A stretch of 64,000 bases of DNA from Hydrolagus affinis (Eukaryota): assembly GCA_012026655.1 (NCBI GenBank), contig JAAILG010001075.1, forward strand, positions 1 to 64,000, read 5' to 3'. Below, piece after piece: positions 37,201 through 50,922 of the stretch. The notes under the pieces were generated by a model. The model was not told the DNA's origin. It worked only from the letters and a program-made list of their open reading frames with translations, and ran no database searches. The position numbers and the translations under genes were made by a program. Each line of letters begins with the position of its first letter. The stretch's first letter is position 1.

Positions 37201-38994
37201 GTAGGGAGTGCTAACACTGACTTGTCTTCAGTTAGTTGCCCACAATGGCCAAGCTTATAGACAATACTTACAACCAGGAGCAGTAAAACAGTTTTGTTTA
37301 AAATAAGGACTATTTGGACTTTTGACTTTTTGTCACAATGAAAATGAGAGGGTTCAGCTATCCAAAGAGTCACTTGAAGCAATTCAGTTTTTTTTTCAGA
37401 GGAGAAATCTTGGTGAACGGCCAAGGCTAAAAAAAAGGTGGCAAAGGAAAAACTTGATAATTACTTAATTAGTGGTTAGCTGGTGCTACACAATGAAGGC
37501 TTTACTCCCTGGGTAAAGCTGCAAATCTATCACTCCAAAAGCAACAGCCACAAGCATGTTTCCCTCTCTAGATATCACTACATCCAAGTATCTCTGGAAG
37601 CAATGGACAATGAAGCAACACTTGCAGATAGTCAAAAATCAATTCTTCCATTTCTGCTCCAACCCACTTAAGTGTCCTTGGGAACAATCTTGAAGATTCA
37701 TGATAAGGCAAAGCAGATAAATCCTAGATATTTGATGGCAATAATGAACAAGTCCAAATACTACAATCTCATAATGACTGACAATAAACAGAATTGTAGC
37801 CTACTTATGAAACCTGGAACAATAGAGGTCCCTACTCACGATGTTATTGTAAGGCTTCAAATGTTCAGTAAATTACTCAAGAGAACTACTGCACTTGTTG
37901 CAACTTTGCAGAAGATTCAATTGTGCAATTTTGAGCCAACACTACTGTGTTGACGAGAGTTTGCTAAATCTCAGCAGCATAATTTGATATCAACAGCGTA
38001 GTTTGAAAATTAATGTGTGGATGGTGTCCTTCATGCAATATTGAAATAACCTTGTGGAAAATAGTGGGGACCAATAGGTGCTGAATTAAAATAGGATTCA
38101 TGGGCAACATTACTTTTTTTTGCAATAGAACCTATTTGAACCTAGTATGTTACCAGGAACTGTGGTTCAAGTCAGGATGTTGGACTTGTATGAAAAAAAC
38201 TTGTGTCAGGATAGTAGGCTGGGTATTCTGGGAGGATGAATAGCTGAAGGGTCTTCCTCATCTCTTTTGTGATTGAAATAAAATGATTATGCCCACATTT
38301 AGTTATTTGCCTAGAGAGAATATTAATTCAGCAGGTAATGTTAAATTGCTTTTAGCACTCTGTGGCACATTTAGTAATGTGATCAGGCAGTGATGCATCA
38401 GTAAGAAAGCAGCTTGAAGTAATTCAGGGAACTCCAGATGGCTGCAATTTCCTCCCACCCCCCCACTGTAACTCTAGAGTTGCCATTAGCAGATGAACAG
38501 ATTGCCAAACTAGTTAAGAAGTGATCTTGGGCACAAAGGAAGCAAGAAAATTAACTATGTGCGTTCCTAGAACAAAGATAATTCAGTTGGTGATACTCAG
38601 TAACGGACAGTCTAAAGATTTATCAAGTTCAGAAATAAATTACATAGGGGGAGGAGACAAAAATATCTTATTCAATATAACAGCATTGATCGGAAGTTGG
38701 CGAATATAAACTGTGAAACCATCTTGCTGTGTACCACATTAAGCAGAGAGTAGGCATGTCTGGTGAACTTATTAAGTGAGTCTGCTGACTGTGATATTGA
38801 AACTGTGGTGGCATGAATATGCAGAGAGAGCCTCGCTGTGATATTGCCTGACACTGTATTTTAGGATTGTTCATTACTAGAACACTCCTTTTACCTTTCA
38901 ATCCCAAATAACATCAACAGCCACCTGTATATATATATAGTACCCTTCATGCAGGATAGCATCACGAAGTGCTGCACAATGGCAGGGTTGGACA

Positions 38995-39135
38995 GTATGC
39001 AAGGGAGAGGTGACCATAAGCATACGTGAAGAAGCAAGTCTTAAAGGGGGAATTAAAGGTAGATAAAGAGGGAGCAAGGTAGAGCGATTGAGGCAGGAAG
39101 TTCTGGAGGCTAGGGTATAGTGACTAAAGATCCCT
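38995..39135 (-). mobile_element. Degraded L2 LINE 3' fragment
   Basis: Purine-rich reverse copy of the L2 C-terminal coding end, similar to 47483-47690 and 56720-56985. Confidence 0.55.
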
Positions 39136-42100
39136 TGCACAACACAATATATTTAGTAGAACATTTCCATTTAACAACATTATTCACTGTGTATGTGATT
39201 TATTTCTATTCTATCTAATGATGTTGATTCCATGTGTTATGCACTTAGATTTATGGATTGTCAGTTGAAATTGAGAAAATGTGAAACCATTCAGCTTATT
39301 ATTATCTCTGTTTTACTATGTCCGTACATGTGGCGGCGGAAAATAGAGGTTATTGAAGTTGTCACAATGCCATTCTTTTTTAATTCATCTATATTCAGTA
39401 ATAATAGAATTAATTATGTTTCCTATCTTGTAACGACCCTGTTTGTTCTTCTCAATGCTGCCATCAATGAATGCCAGTATCAACCCATGATGCTGGCAGT
39501 AAAAGTGTAATGAAGAATCAGTCAACTGCTGAGCAGGTTCATACTGACCAACCCCATGAGATTCCACTCAGTAAGTTGGCAGCAAACCACTTAGCTGCAC
39601 TCTAGCGTGTTGTGTGCTAACTAGTAAAGTAGTACATGTCTGTAGAGACTTGATTGCATGCAGAGTTGGAAGATAGCATTGTAATCCAAATATTCATGGA
39701 ATTAATGCTTGAGATTTGAATTGACCTTTTCCAAGCTAATTTCTTTTGCAAATTTAACTGTGACCAGATTGAGTTTTAATTCAATTCAAAGCACGTGTAA
39801 ATGACTGGAAATTGTACAGTATCGAATGAGAGACACGGTCTGGTTACGTTACATTTTCTAAAATCTGCTATGCTACAAATACATAAAGTTTTATCCTTCA
39901 CACCTGTTAGTAATCTCGTAACCAGCAGTAGTGTTGCTAGGCCACGTGGTACACCATGGAACTTTAGGTTGTGAACTTGTGGTTCCCCTCCACACCAGCC
40001 CAACACCACTCCTGGTCCCTATTGCACACTTGCTAGTGACCCATTATGGATCAGCATCTCCCTAAAACCTTTGAGCAAGTTGCCTGTCACCTTCTTACGG
40101 TGGCTTGCAGCACAGGAATGGATCATTTTCTCTCTCCATGACGTTGGTTGAATACAAGTTTTATTACCACGCGAGCGTGTTGCATTATGGGAGCATGTGA
40201 GTGAGACCCATTTCATTCAGATCATGTAAATACAAGTGGGTCTTGATATCATAGCATTGCTGACTAAGTTGAGCACTTCTCTACTAGCAAGGTGTGACAG
40301 AACTCTGTATCTCAACCAGTTTCATGACAGAGAACAGGCAGTGTGTAAAAAAAAATACATGCCCAATGGCTGTTCTTGATGGATTTTCACTATTAAGTTT
40401 TCCACTGAGTTAGGAGTATTTCCCTTTTACCTTTGGTGCCCCATAACAAATCCAACTCAAGCTAATAGGATGAAGGATCTCTTCTCTGACAGCTGTGTGG
40501 GTAGTTGTCGAGTGAGAAATATTTTCATTTTCTCCTTCATTTCACCAAACCAATTTTGATTCCAAATAACCAGTTATTTGTTGTCAAAATCAGGCTTCAG
40601 TTTTATTAGGCTCCTAGAAACATGAGTTGTGTCTTACAATTTATGAAGGTAATATTACTCTGAGGTACAACTGTGCTGGGTTACAGAAACAGCTTGCGTT
40701 TACATGGTGCCTTTCACATAAATTAACATCTCAAACCACTTTATCAAGGCAATGGGATCTCCGAGCTGGGAAGAATAGGGAAATTTAAGGATGTGGATCA
40801 AAACTATGGACGAAGATACAATGAAGGCAGGGAAAGAGAATGCACATGGTAAAAGTGATTTGGAAAAATAATTCCAGAGAATAGGTGCATTAGTGACTTA
40901 TGTACAAATCTGATTGCAGCAGTCTGGCTGGTCAAAGCCCCAGTGATCATTTCTTTCTTTCTTGGCCAGGAAACAATTGCACAAAATGTGTCATGATTGG
41001 AATCTGATCGCATCACCAATGCATTGACGCAGTCCCGCTTTGCATTTGTAAAGCAATGTTGCTGAAGGCAGGTTAGACAGCTCTGCAGATCTGCACAAAA
41101 AGCTGCCAGGACAATAGAACACGTTTAAAGAGATGATTTAAAGTGAAAGGTTAAGTGACGTCTCTCATGTCATCAAGGTGAGAGACGTCAGTAATGGTAA
41201 ACATTTCACCACTTTTTCCACTAAGCAGCTGGGCCCAGCACTTTGGATCCATCATAGCATGGTAGCCCAATATGTTAATTAGACAAGTTCACCTCTCAAT
41301 GTGATTGTTTGATTGTTCCATGAAATACCCTTAACTGAGCAAGACTATAAATGTACTGCTAATTGGTACCAGATTGCATTGTTGTGGATAAGTGCCCATT
41401 AGGAATTAGTTTGAAGTAGCTCTCCAAGAGAGAGAAAGGCACATTTGTCATTGTTTGTCAGCAGTGCTGGATGTGATTGGTGGGGGGTCATAGTTTATGA
41501 AATCTATTACTGTACACAGGCCACGGTAGAATAACTGTAGTAGATGCAACAGAAAGGAAAATGTCCTCCCTAATGTGCACTCACGAGCATGAGCAAGTGG
41601 TTTGATGCTCGCAAAACAACTAAATAGTATAACTGCGGCATTTCTCTCCATCAGCCAAGTGTACATTCCAATTAAGGCCATAAAAAGCGAAAGGATCGGA
41701 TTTTACATGACTGCACTGCAGAGCCTTTTAACACGCTCTGGACATCGCATCCTATCTCTTTAACTGACTATGATTCAGTCATTCGTTCTTTGCAGATGTT
41801 AGGCGTTTTCTTTTTTAAAAAAATCTATTATAGCATTAGATGGTTAAAATATCTTGCCATATTTGTAAGAAAAATATCATCTATTGCACAGGAATACAAA
41901 CATTTTCCATGTTTCTGTTGGTGGTAAGGATATTTCACTCATCATTAGCTTGGTGTATTTAAACTGGAGAGCCATTCTCCAGCTTGAATTTCCTGTCCCC
42001 AACCCTTGCGGCTCCTGCACTTTAGCAACTGAGCCTGAGTTGCTGAGCTGCAGATACTGGGAAGGCCTGATATAATCCAATATTCTGTAGTGTTGTATTC

Positions 42101-43445
42101 ATTGTATATAACATTGAGTTGGTCTGAATATTCCATCAGCTACAATTACTTCATACATGCCTTTGTTACGAATTTCTAGACAGTGGTATATACGGGATAA
42201 CAGAAAGTCCCATCTCCCACATGTGAGTTGTGCACAGCTTGTGTGACTTTTCATTGCCCTACACTATTTAATGTGGTTTTCTCAGCTGGAGAATCAAACA
42301 GTGTTGCCTATTGCTGAGATGGGCCAGGCTAATGGTCCCAACCTAAGCAACACCAATCAGTGTGGCCATTAAATCCTAACATTCCTCTGCCCTTATGCTA
42401 CATAGATCCTGTTGTAGACAGATGTTTAAGCAATAGGCCATAGGTTATAGACAAATTATTTAGATTATATAGAAATATATAGATGCACAAAATTAAAAAA
42501 AACATGAAATGTTACACGAAATGTAATCTGTAATTCCATTGTTCCTGCTGTGAAAGGAACCTGTGAGGTTTTAGTTTTATGGATATTAGTCATACATAAT
42601 GTATTAAAAGCCGACTTCTGCATTCATCCCTCAGTTAAAATCTGCACCTCTGACACTGCTCTCTGAACCCTTCAACAAATAGATGCATCTGGCATTACAT
42701 CAGTGAACCTCTGATGAAAACACAAAAAACCAAAGGGACAAGAAAAGTTTATTTTGCTGTTTTGCAGTAACAGTAATAAAATACAAAAGACAGAACAAAT
42801 GGGGCACTTTTAACTGGCCACCCTTCAGGTTAAGGGCTGTTGCAAGGAGAAGCCAAACTAGCAGGAGAAATAAATACTGTATATGAAAGAAAAGGCTAGA
42901 CATGATAATTGGAAGGCAGCACGATTGGCGTTTCTAGACAGATAAATTGGAATTGGATGTAGAGTCTTCTTTATCGGAATCTCTTGTATTAAAAATGTCT
43001 CTGATGTTCGGTAATGGTTAATGCTACCCATAGTTTGATTCCCATCACAACCCACCAACTTGACTTTGCCAAGACGTCAGTCTACCTTGGTTAGCAAGCC
43101 CCAGCTAATTGTTGAGCCTGCAGAATAACACAAGGCAATCTAATTTCTGGCAACTCATTAACAAAAGTTTTTGAGAGAGACTTGAGTCACAAACACGGAA
43201 TCCTGCCAGTAACTGGAGGGAGTCACTGTACAAACCTTAATTTTCATCCATTTCAACATTTTAATGTCAAAGGTCAGAAGTAGGCAGTGATTTCTTCATC
43301 AAACAGCTCAATAGAAGGTATCACTGGTAGAATGGGAGCATATTTTATTTGCTTGAATTCCATAATTGTTACCGGTGTTCTTGTTGGGGCCTGTATCCAT
43401 ATATATCTTCATGCCTGTTTTCTTTTCCCCCCCACAAATATTCAG

Positions 43446-43529
43446 CCACTGAAATTGTGGATCTCACATGTACAGTGAGTCATTCTGATAATTCAGAGCT
43501 GTTTCCACCTGCATCTCCTCCCACACAGT
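43446..43529 (+). CDS. CAMK2G: Candidate proline-rich cassette exon: (A)TEIVDLTCTVSHSDNSELFPPASPPTQ(S)
   Basis: Pyrimidine tract, attcag| ... cagt|gtaagg, 84 nt, phase 1 to 1 and open in the required frame. Lies in the intron where beta and gamma paralogs carry optional Pro-rich exons. Confidence 0.5.
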
Positions 43530-43795
43530 GTAAGGGAAGCAGAAGGATTTTCTGAGCACTGGCTCAGTGCTGTATCTAAACCTGGCAGAGATTTAGATAG
43601 AGTGAATCATTACTAAATCTTTTGTACCTACTACTACCTAAAACATTAACTGTAAAGCAGACTACAGTATCTTAACAATAATGATTGAATATTATTAATT
43701 TGTCAAAGCATATTGTGGTCTCGCTATGCAAAAGAAAATGTTGACAGCCAATGTTTCTTTTTATCTATATTATTTCTAACACTTCAGTTTCATGT

Positions 43796-44106
43796 GGAGT
43801 CCTGTAGCTCAGTGGTTAGAGCACTCGCCTTGCAAGCGAGAGACTTGGGTTCAATTCTAGGCAGGGTGAAACCTTGGGTAAGTTTCCTTATTCCACGTGC
43901 CTGATAATAATCCCTCAAGAAAAAAACAATTATAAATTGGTCATTTCAATCCACGACTGTTTGTGGGAAACTGCTGTGTGCAATTGACTGCCACATTTCT
44001 CCCACAAATATACAGTCAATTCACTTTGCAGTATATCCTGTGCAGCGTTTTGAGACGTCTAGAAGACATGAAAAGCGTTATATCAAATGCATGAATTATT
44101 ATTATT
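43796..44106 (+). mobile_element. Near full-length tRNA-derived Deu-domain SINE (elephant-shark SINE2-like)
   Basis: tRNA-like head with A box TAGCTCAGTGG (43805-43815), anticodon-arm-like ctcgc-cTTGCAA-gcgag and B box GGTTCAATTCT (43848-43858). Then the Deu core ctgtttgtgggaaactgctgtgtgcaattgactgcc, an L2-like tail and (ATT)n. Confidence 0.9.
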
Positions 44107-46007
44107 GGGACCTGAGATAAATCTTTAAAATATTTTCGGTGAGTGGCAACTCTGATGGTGCAGTGGATAAACCTGAAGGAGATGGACCAAGAGATTGCTG
44201 ATTGGGATCCCTGGTCCTGGTATTTCTATAACTCCCCCAACCACCCTCAACACAGGTAGTGTATGTGTGTGTGTTTGTGTATAAGACAGCTGGGTGAGCA
44301 GAGGTCAGACTCAGAGCTGTGTCACTCGCTAGAGATGAGTGAAACTCACTGTCAAGGCTCACAAATGAATAATGGCGACTTGGGCAGGGCACTGGAGGGC
44401 AATCAGTGCCTGTGGATACACAGCCCGGCACAAGCAGCCTGGAGATCAGGAGCAGATGGCAATGGGAAAAAACAAATAGAAAATATATTTTTTAAAAGAA
44501 TTAGTTAAAGCTGCTCTTGGTAATTATCATGGTGGTTGATTTTGGCAGAGAATGAGTTCAAGATTTTTTCAAGCATTTGATGAAATGCACAACCGAGCCT
44601 TTAGAGTGTTTTTACTCGGTGTGTTGTGTCTCTAAACTAAGGACCTGATAATACTGTGACTTTGTCATGTCTTATCAAGTTATTGTCAAAGGGCTCCTTG
44701 AATTGCATTTCTATGGAATTAAATTCTCCTTGTGGGTTATTTTCCCCCATTAAAAAGCTGTCAAGGTGCGCTAACTTTAATTACTAAAGAATTTCTTCGC
44801 CCTCTTGTGTTTAAGATTGAGACTTATTGTGATCCACAATACCTGTAACAGTTTACTTTAAATTTCTACCATCAACTGTTGCTCATTTCTTTTCACGGCA
44901 AATTAATTGCAAAATTGGGCAAACAAATTTCTTTAAAAAATAAATAATTGAGTTCTTTTTTAGCACATTTTGGTGTGTTGTGTTGATTATTTCCAAGTGT
45001 TGTGTTTTGCATGTTGGTACCGATTTAAAGGATGCTTAGGACTTCTTCTTTCCCCTCCCCACCTCCCCGGTTTGTGGTAAAGGGTAGGAAAGATAATGTT
45101 ACAGGGTGGCAGTGATACGGACATGACAGGAGAGTGCAGAGTACTGGTTAGAGTGCTGGTGTGTGTGTTGTTGAAATGCAGTACAATAGGATATATACCC
45201 ATTTCATTTACGGCATAACCTACATAAAATGTACTTTTCAAAGAAACCACTGGCTAGAGATACAGCCTAACAACATATCAGCAACAAAATGACACATATA
45301 TAGTGAATTTCATGCAAAGAGGACGTCTCAAGGCACTGGGCTTATTGGTGACATTTCCAACAGTTTAGAAATCCTGATTCTTTTTACCTTCCAAAGATTT
45401 GGAGTTAATGCATTACTATTGAAATACTGTATATATTATATAATTGTATAATATAAATATATAACATTTCTTTATAGTATAAAGACAGATTAATAGAATT
45501 TATTGCTATAATTACAGGCTGACCCCTATTATAGTGCATCTCGGGATAGTGTGGGTCTGTTTGTAGTACAAATTTATTGTGGACCCACAGAATATGTCCA
45601 ATGCAGTACACTACCAGCATGTGCTCAGTGGTCAGAGATCTGTGCAGTAGGGACAGGCACAAAGGTTGGGCTTCCTTCAGTAACTGGAGGTGTGTTATGC
45701 CAATCTTGAATATCACTGGAAAGCTAATCGTATGTTGAGTCAGCGAGGCATAATTCTGGTTCTCTTATGGTGGACTGAGTCATAAATTGTAGTGTATTCT
45801 ACCACGGTGCTGACATGTATTAGCTGGACAGAACACCCAGTGGGTCCTTCCCTCCCCCCCCACCCCCCCACCTGCACTTACACTCACACTCAAATTCACG
45901 CGAGCTTAGCTCTCAGCTTTCTCCCGACAAACTCAGCTAGAGAGAGGAGAGAGAGAAAAGCGAGTGAGAGAGAGCTCTCAGTCGCATGTAGCAATTGCGT
46001 TCTCGAT

Positions 46008-46059
46008 AACAACAACCACAACAATACTACACTTGTATAGCGCCTTTCATGTCAGGAGG
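46008..46059 (-). mobile_element. Very short L2-type 3' tail
   Basis: (aac)n...cttgtatagcgcctttcatgtcaggagg. Confidence 0.7.
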
Positions 46060-47482
46060 CCGCTGATAATAGTGACATGTCTACAATAGTGTTCCTTTCA
46101 AACAGTACAAATAGACATGTCCACCAGTAGATTTCTTCACTATGAGAATCTTCATATTAAATGACTTCATTTCAGATGCATAATACAATCCATCCCGAGC
46201 AAGTCTGTTTGTTAAATAGAACATTGGAATGGATTGAGCACCCTCTTCCTGAAGGGACACATTCTGCCTATCTAATGCCAGAAAGTATTAGACGTAGGTT
46301 GGCAAGAACCAAAGCTTGGGGACCCCAGAATGTGTGTTGGGGTAATGTTGGGAGTCTAACCAGCTAAAACTAGATAGCTTGCCATTGAGATTGCTGTCCA
46401 GCAAGCTTTCCCTCCACTTGTCCAGCAAAGACCACCCTACCTGTTAGGGCTTTGGCTTGCACAGTTAACAGAAGTTAAGTGGGATGACTGCCCCCAGCGA
46501 CTGGTGTGCTCTTCCAGGTCCTGCCGATGAACCACTCTGCCTGTGCGTCACCCGCAGCGCAGGCAGAGTGCTGTGCTGTCCTGGAATACTGCGGACCCAC
46601 CGAGCTCACGAATCGGACCAGAAACAGAAACCACCATAGAGGGCTGGCTCGATTCGGACATTCTATTGACAGGCTGGTTCAGATCCCAAGGAGACTGCAG
46701 TTACCAACAGTGTTGGTAGCTGGTATGCGCATTGTGAAGGCCCTACGCCTGAAGGTGAAGGACATTTCAATATAGAAACAGGACCAAAATAGCCATGCAA
46801 GCTATGAGGTTAGGAGGAGAGAATCAAGACATTATTCTTTTGTTGCCCAATCCCGCCCGAGGCTGCCGATCTGAACTGAATGTGAAAATTGAAACTCCAT
46901 ACAGGGAGGAGCAGACCAAGTGCTCTGGTTTACAGAGTCACAAACACACTGTGAAAGTCACCTATGTTAGCAACCCTGTCAAAGTGGTGAAAGCAGCATA
47001 TGGCTCCTGGTTTAAGGAGGTAGCATATTTCTACCTTAGGAGGACGTGATGAGATTCTTAGTTTAGACAAATTGCACGTTTCCAGTATTTGTGTTGTTTC
47101 ATCACAAACACTGATAACTTCCTTCTAGATCCCTTCTACACTGGTTTTTAGTATCTTCAGTGCTGTTTTCTTAACACCCACCTCCCTGCCTTAATGTTGA
47201 GAGCAATTTAAGCAAATGTTGGTGAGTTGGTTTTTCTACTGAATGGTCTTAGATTGCATTGTTTCGGTTTCTTTGTGCCTTTGGGCATTCCACACAGAAA
47301 GCGACTGATAATTGATTACTTGTTTGTAATTATTATCTAAAAAATTCAATATAGATATATAAAATAAATACAACTTACAAAGTGGACATGGGGAAGGTTC
47401 CCCCAGTTACTTAAGTGGCTGTTGATGCCAATGATAGATATAGTTTGAATATTTTTCCCAGTTTTAAAAGTACACAATGCAA

Positions 47483-47690
47483 TGCAAAATTACATTTGTA
47501 TAGCCAGATGGACGTCACATCAGTAGGACGTTCCAAAGTGCTGGATAGTCAGGGTTTTGGACTTGAGCAGTGGGTGCGGGGGTTGGGATCAGGGAGGGCA
47601 GAGAGCGTAGAAAGGTGGCAGAAGGCATGGTGGAAGAAATGGGCCTCTTGAGACGTGCCTTAAAGTGGGCAAGTGAGGGAGCGAGGTAGT
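47483..47690 (-). mobile_element. L2 LINE 3' end
   Basis: aaattacatttgtatagc...ggacgttccaaagtgc followed by purine-rich reverse coding sequence (cttgagacgtgccttaaa = FKARLK). Confidence 0.7.
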
Positions 47691-47971
47691 CTAATTTGGG
47701 TGAATAGCAGTATTTTGCAGCCTTAACTCACTGTATTTCTGGTGTTCCTAGATAGCATTGTGTAGCCTCTGTCACACAATCTGACAAAGGGACACAGTTA
47801 TTTACAAATGGGCTTCAAGACTGTTCAGCAAACATTCTTTTGGCCCTTGTAGATGGGATAAATTGTTGCACTGAAAGCACTTGGGTGTCTTGAATCCGAG
47901 TTCACAAGATGGACATTTTGCAGAGCGGCATCTTATGTTACTCTCGTATGTTTTTTTCCCCAAAACTTTAG

Positions 47972-48047
47972 CACGCAAGCAGGACATCATCAAGATCACC
48001 GAGCAATTGATTGAAGCCATCAATAATGGGGATTTTGAAGCTTACAC
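47972..48047 (+). CDS. CAMK2G: Hub (association) domain exon: (A)[24 protein letters not shown](T)
   Basis: ctttag| ... ac|gtaagt, 76 nt, phase 1 to 2. Confidence 0.97.
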
Positions 48048-48806
48048 GTAAGTATACCCTGATGTCGGGACCAATCGTTGGATTAATGCAAAATTTCAGA
48101 GCGGAAGCCAAGAGGCATTGTGCTACTAGAACATTAACACTCTCGGATCTCCCCTCTCCTTCTCCTGACTACATTTTCCTTCAATTGAGTGCTTTTGTAC
48201 TCCGATACCCAGCCCAAGAGACCACTATACATGTGTGAGCCTTGAAAATGAGGATCGGTAGACAGTTTGTCTGAAAGGCCATCAAAATCAAGCAAAAAGC
48301 TCATCATTATGCATTAGGCAAGCTAGTGCATAGATGCAATTTGTTTTATTCCTGAGCAAGTCCACAATGCAAATTTCTAACAGAGAAGACCTAATTTCAG
48401 AACATTTGTAGCAGCTTCCAGCTGCTAGATTTATCGTAACCAGTCATCTGTTGTCCCTTAGAAGCCCAAACTATATTTAATAAATTACATTTAAATTAGT
48501 GGAGGCCATGAACAGACATTGCAAGATATTCACAAATGCAGTTTTGTAGCAATGAGAAACAGAATTATATGAAATCTGCACGTGTCCAAATCTGGCAAAC
48601 GAGGTACCAAGCAATGCGGCATGTTGAAAAACACTCTTTGCCAGGACTATTTCGAGTCTGATGATCATAGTACATCTGGAACCTCAGCACTTCAAAGAAT
48701 AAAAGGAGTAATTTTTCAGAAATTAGTCTTATTATTTGAGTGGGTGGAGGAAGGATAGATCAAGTATGACTGTTGGCAAAGAAAATGTACATCAAAACCA
48801 ACAGCT

Positions 48807-48864
48807 GTGACGTCCTCCTGACGTGAAAGGCGCTATACAAATGTAATTTTGGTGTTGTTGTTGT
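48807..48864 (+). mobile_element. Very short L2-type 3' tail
   Basis: gacgtcctcctgacgtgaaaggcgctatacaaatgtaatttt(ttg)n. Confidence 0.8.
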
Positions 48865-50787
48865 GAAGGTTGGAGCAAGATCACTTTGATTGCATAAATG
48901 TGAACTCCGTACTAGTTAATAATACCAGCCAGTATTTATAATAGAAGCAATAGGCAATTATACTATAAGCAATATAACCAATGGGAAGATGAAGCAAGGT
49001 AGAGTCAGTATTTGCCAAACTGGCTTAGTCTTTGATGCAAACAAGTGCTCACTTTGTAACTCTGTGATGCTGAGATTGTGCTCCCAGGTGAGACTGCTAT
49101 TCACCTTGGTTTGCCTTCATAAGATCATATAAGAAAGGCCCTTAGGCCCATCGATTTCATGCTTCCAAAACACCCACTCTTATCATCTTCCCATCACATC
49201 AAGCTGTTTACATTTAAACACATCCAGCAACCAGCCCTCAGCAACTCGATACATGTCATCAGTAATAACAACAACAACAAAATAAAAAGTAAAAAACGGT
49301 TATGATTATTTTTCTAAAAACAATTTTCTTACATTTGCCTAAAAATATTTGGCTTTTGGAAGAAGGCACAGTGGCACAAAATTTGGCACAACTTAGCCAG
49401 GATTTCCAATCCTTACTGCAGTCCGCTGACCACTCTGCTGGAAAATGTGCTCTTTCAGGTAAGAACATAGAGAGGAAATCTCAAATGCCCATTTGTTACT
49501 GTGGGCGGTGGCATCTACACATATTGCTGAGGCTCACAGATCAATGTTGAGGCAACCCCCACACCGCCCCCCCCAACCCAAGATGGTTATTCATCAAAAT
49601 GATTCAAAACACTTACTTCAAATGATTTAAAACATTGTATCTTTGAGTCAATATTTAACAAGGTGAAATATTAGTGCAGGATGTACAATCAAAAATACCA
49701 CAGCAGATAAAATATACCATTATCCATGAAATCTATGATTATGGCTTTACAGAGTGTGTGAAAATGCAAGAGCTGAATATTAATGTTCTAAGTTCTAATT
49801 TGCATGAAAATTGGGAAGTGCTGTTGTGCCACCGAATGGGATTATCATAGAGCTGCTATGAAGTAAAAAGCAAAGAGTAGCAAACCAGTAAATAACAGGA
49901 GGTGATGTAAACATACAAATGTAAAAAAACACCCTGTAATTCCCAGAGTGAATAAAATCTGCCATTTAACAAACACAGCTTGAAGCCATTCATTATAGAC
50001 TGGCTTCAGCTTTGACTATCCTGCAGAAAATAGCATCTCATAGTAGAACAAACAGACGGCAGTGTCCTTGTTCAAAATAACACGGTTCCTAACAGACCTG
50101 TGCAGTGTTGTTCATAAGCTTTGCTCCGGCCATGTCACCAAAGACCACAATAGCTGGGTGGTGTTCTCAGAGCTACCTACCTCTGTGCTGAGAGTGCCTC
50201 CTTGAGGCCTTCGCTATCTCTATAAAGAAGTGAGTGGAGCTCGCTACAGATGGAAGTTGAGAGAAGTGCTTTATTCTGTAAAAAAAATTGGAATTAAAAG
50301 GAGGGTTGTCATAGAAACAACCACACAGGTAGAGAGCATACATTTCACACTGATCTCTTCAATGAGCTTTTTCCCTTTGATAAAGAAACCATTTCATCCC
50401 GAGCTGTCAGGACGATTTAGAAATTTTGATGATTCTTTTAATAACATACCGGTATAGGATCAAACAAGCTGGCAGCACGTTTATTGTAGGAATAATAAAA
50501 AAAAGGAATGAAACAAAACTACTTGGACTATCTATTATCATTCCATCACATGGCAAATGTAATCTTGAGTACAGACTAATGTTTTTTTAATTAAAAAGCA
50601 CATTTCCACTACTGAAAGTTTAGTGCTAGGATTCATTCCCTCCTGTGCTGGCAGCTCAGTACTTGTGCAATGCCCTCAGTACCTGTCTTGTCCTACTGTG
50701 CCTAATATTTTCCAGAATTAGATAAGCGGGATGCGTTCCTCCAAGGAGGGAGAGTGTGTGCGCATTCTAACAATCTGAAGAATATGA

Positions 50788-50922
<135 letters not shown>

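Noticed and set aside
40970-41007. Strong acceptor ttctttctttcttggccag| as a candidate cassette exon
   Set aside because: The required phase-1 frame reaches TGA after about 12 codons and no convincing donor is nearby.
43796-43870. tRNA-Ala(TGC)-like gene
   Set aside because: The acceptor stem does not close, and the sequence continues into a Deu core and LINE-like tail, so it is a SINE head.
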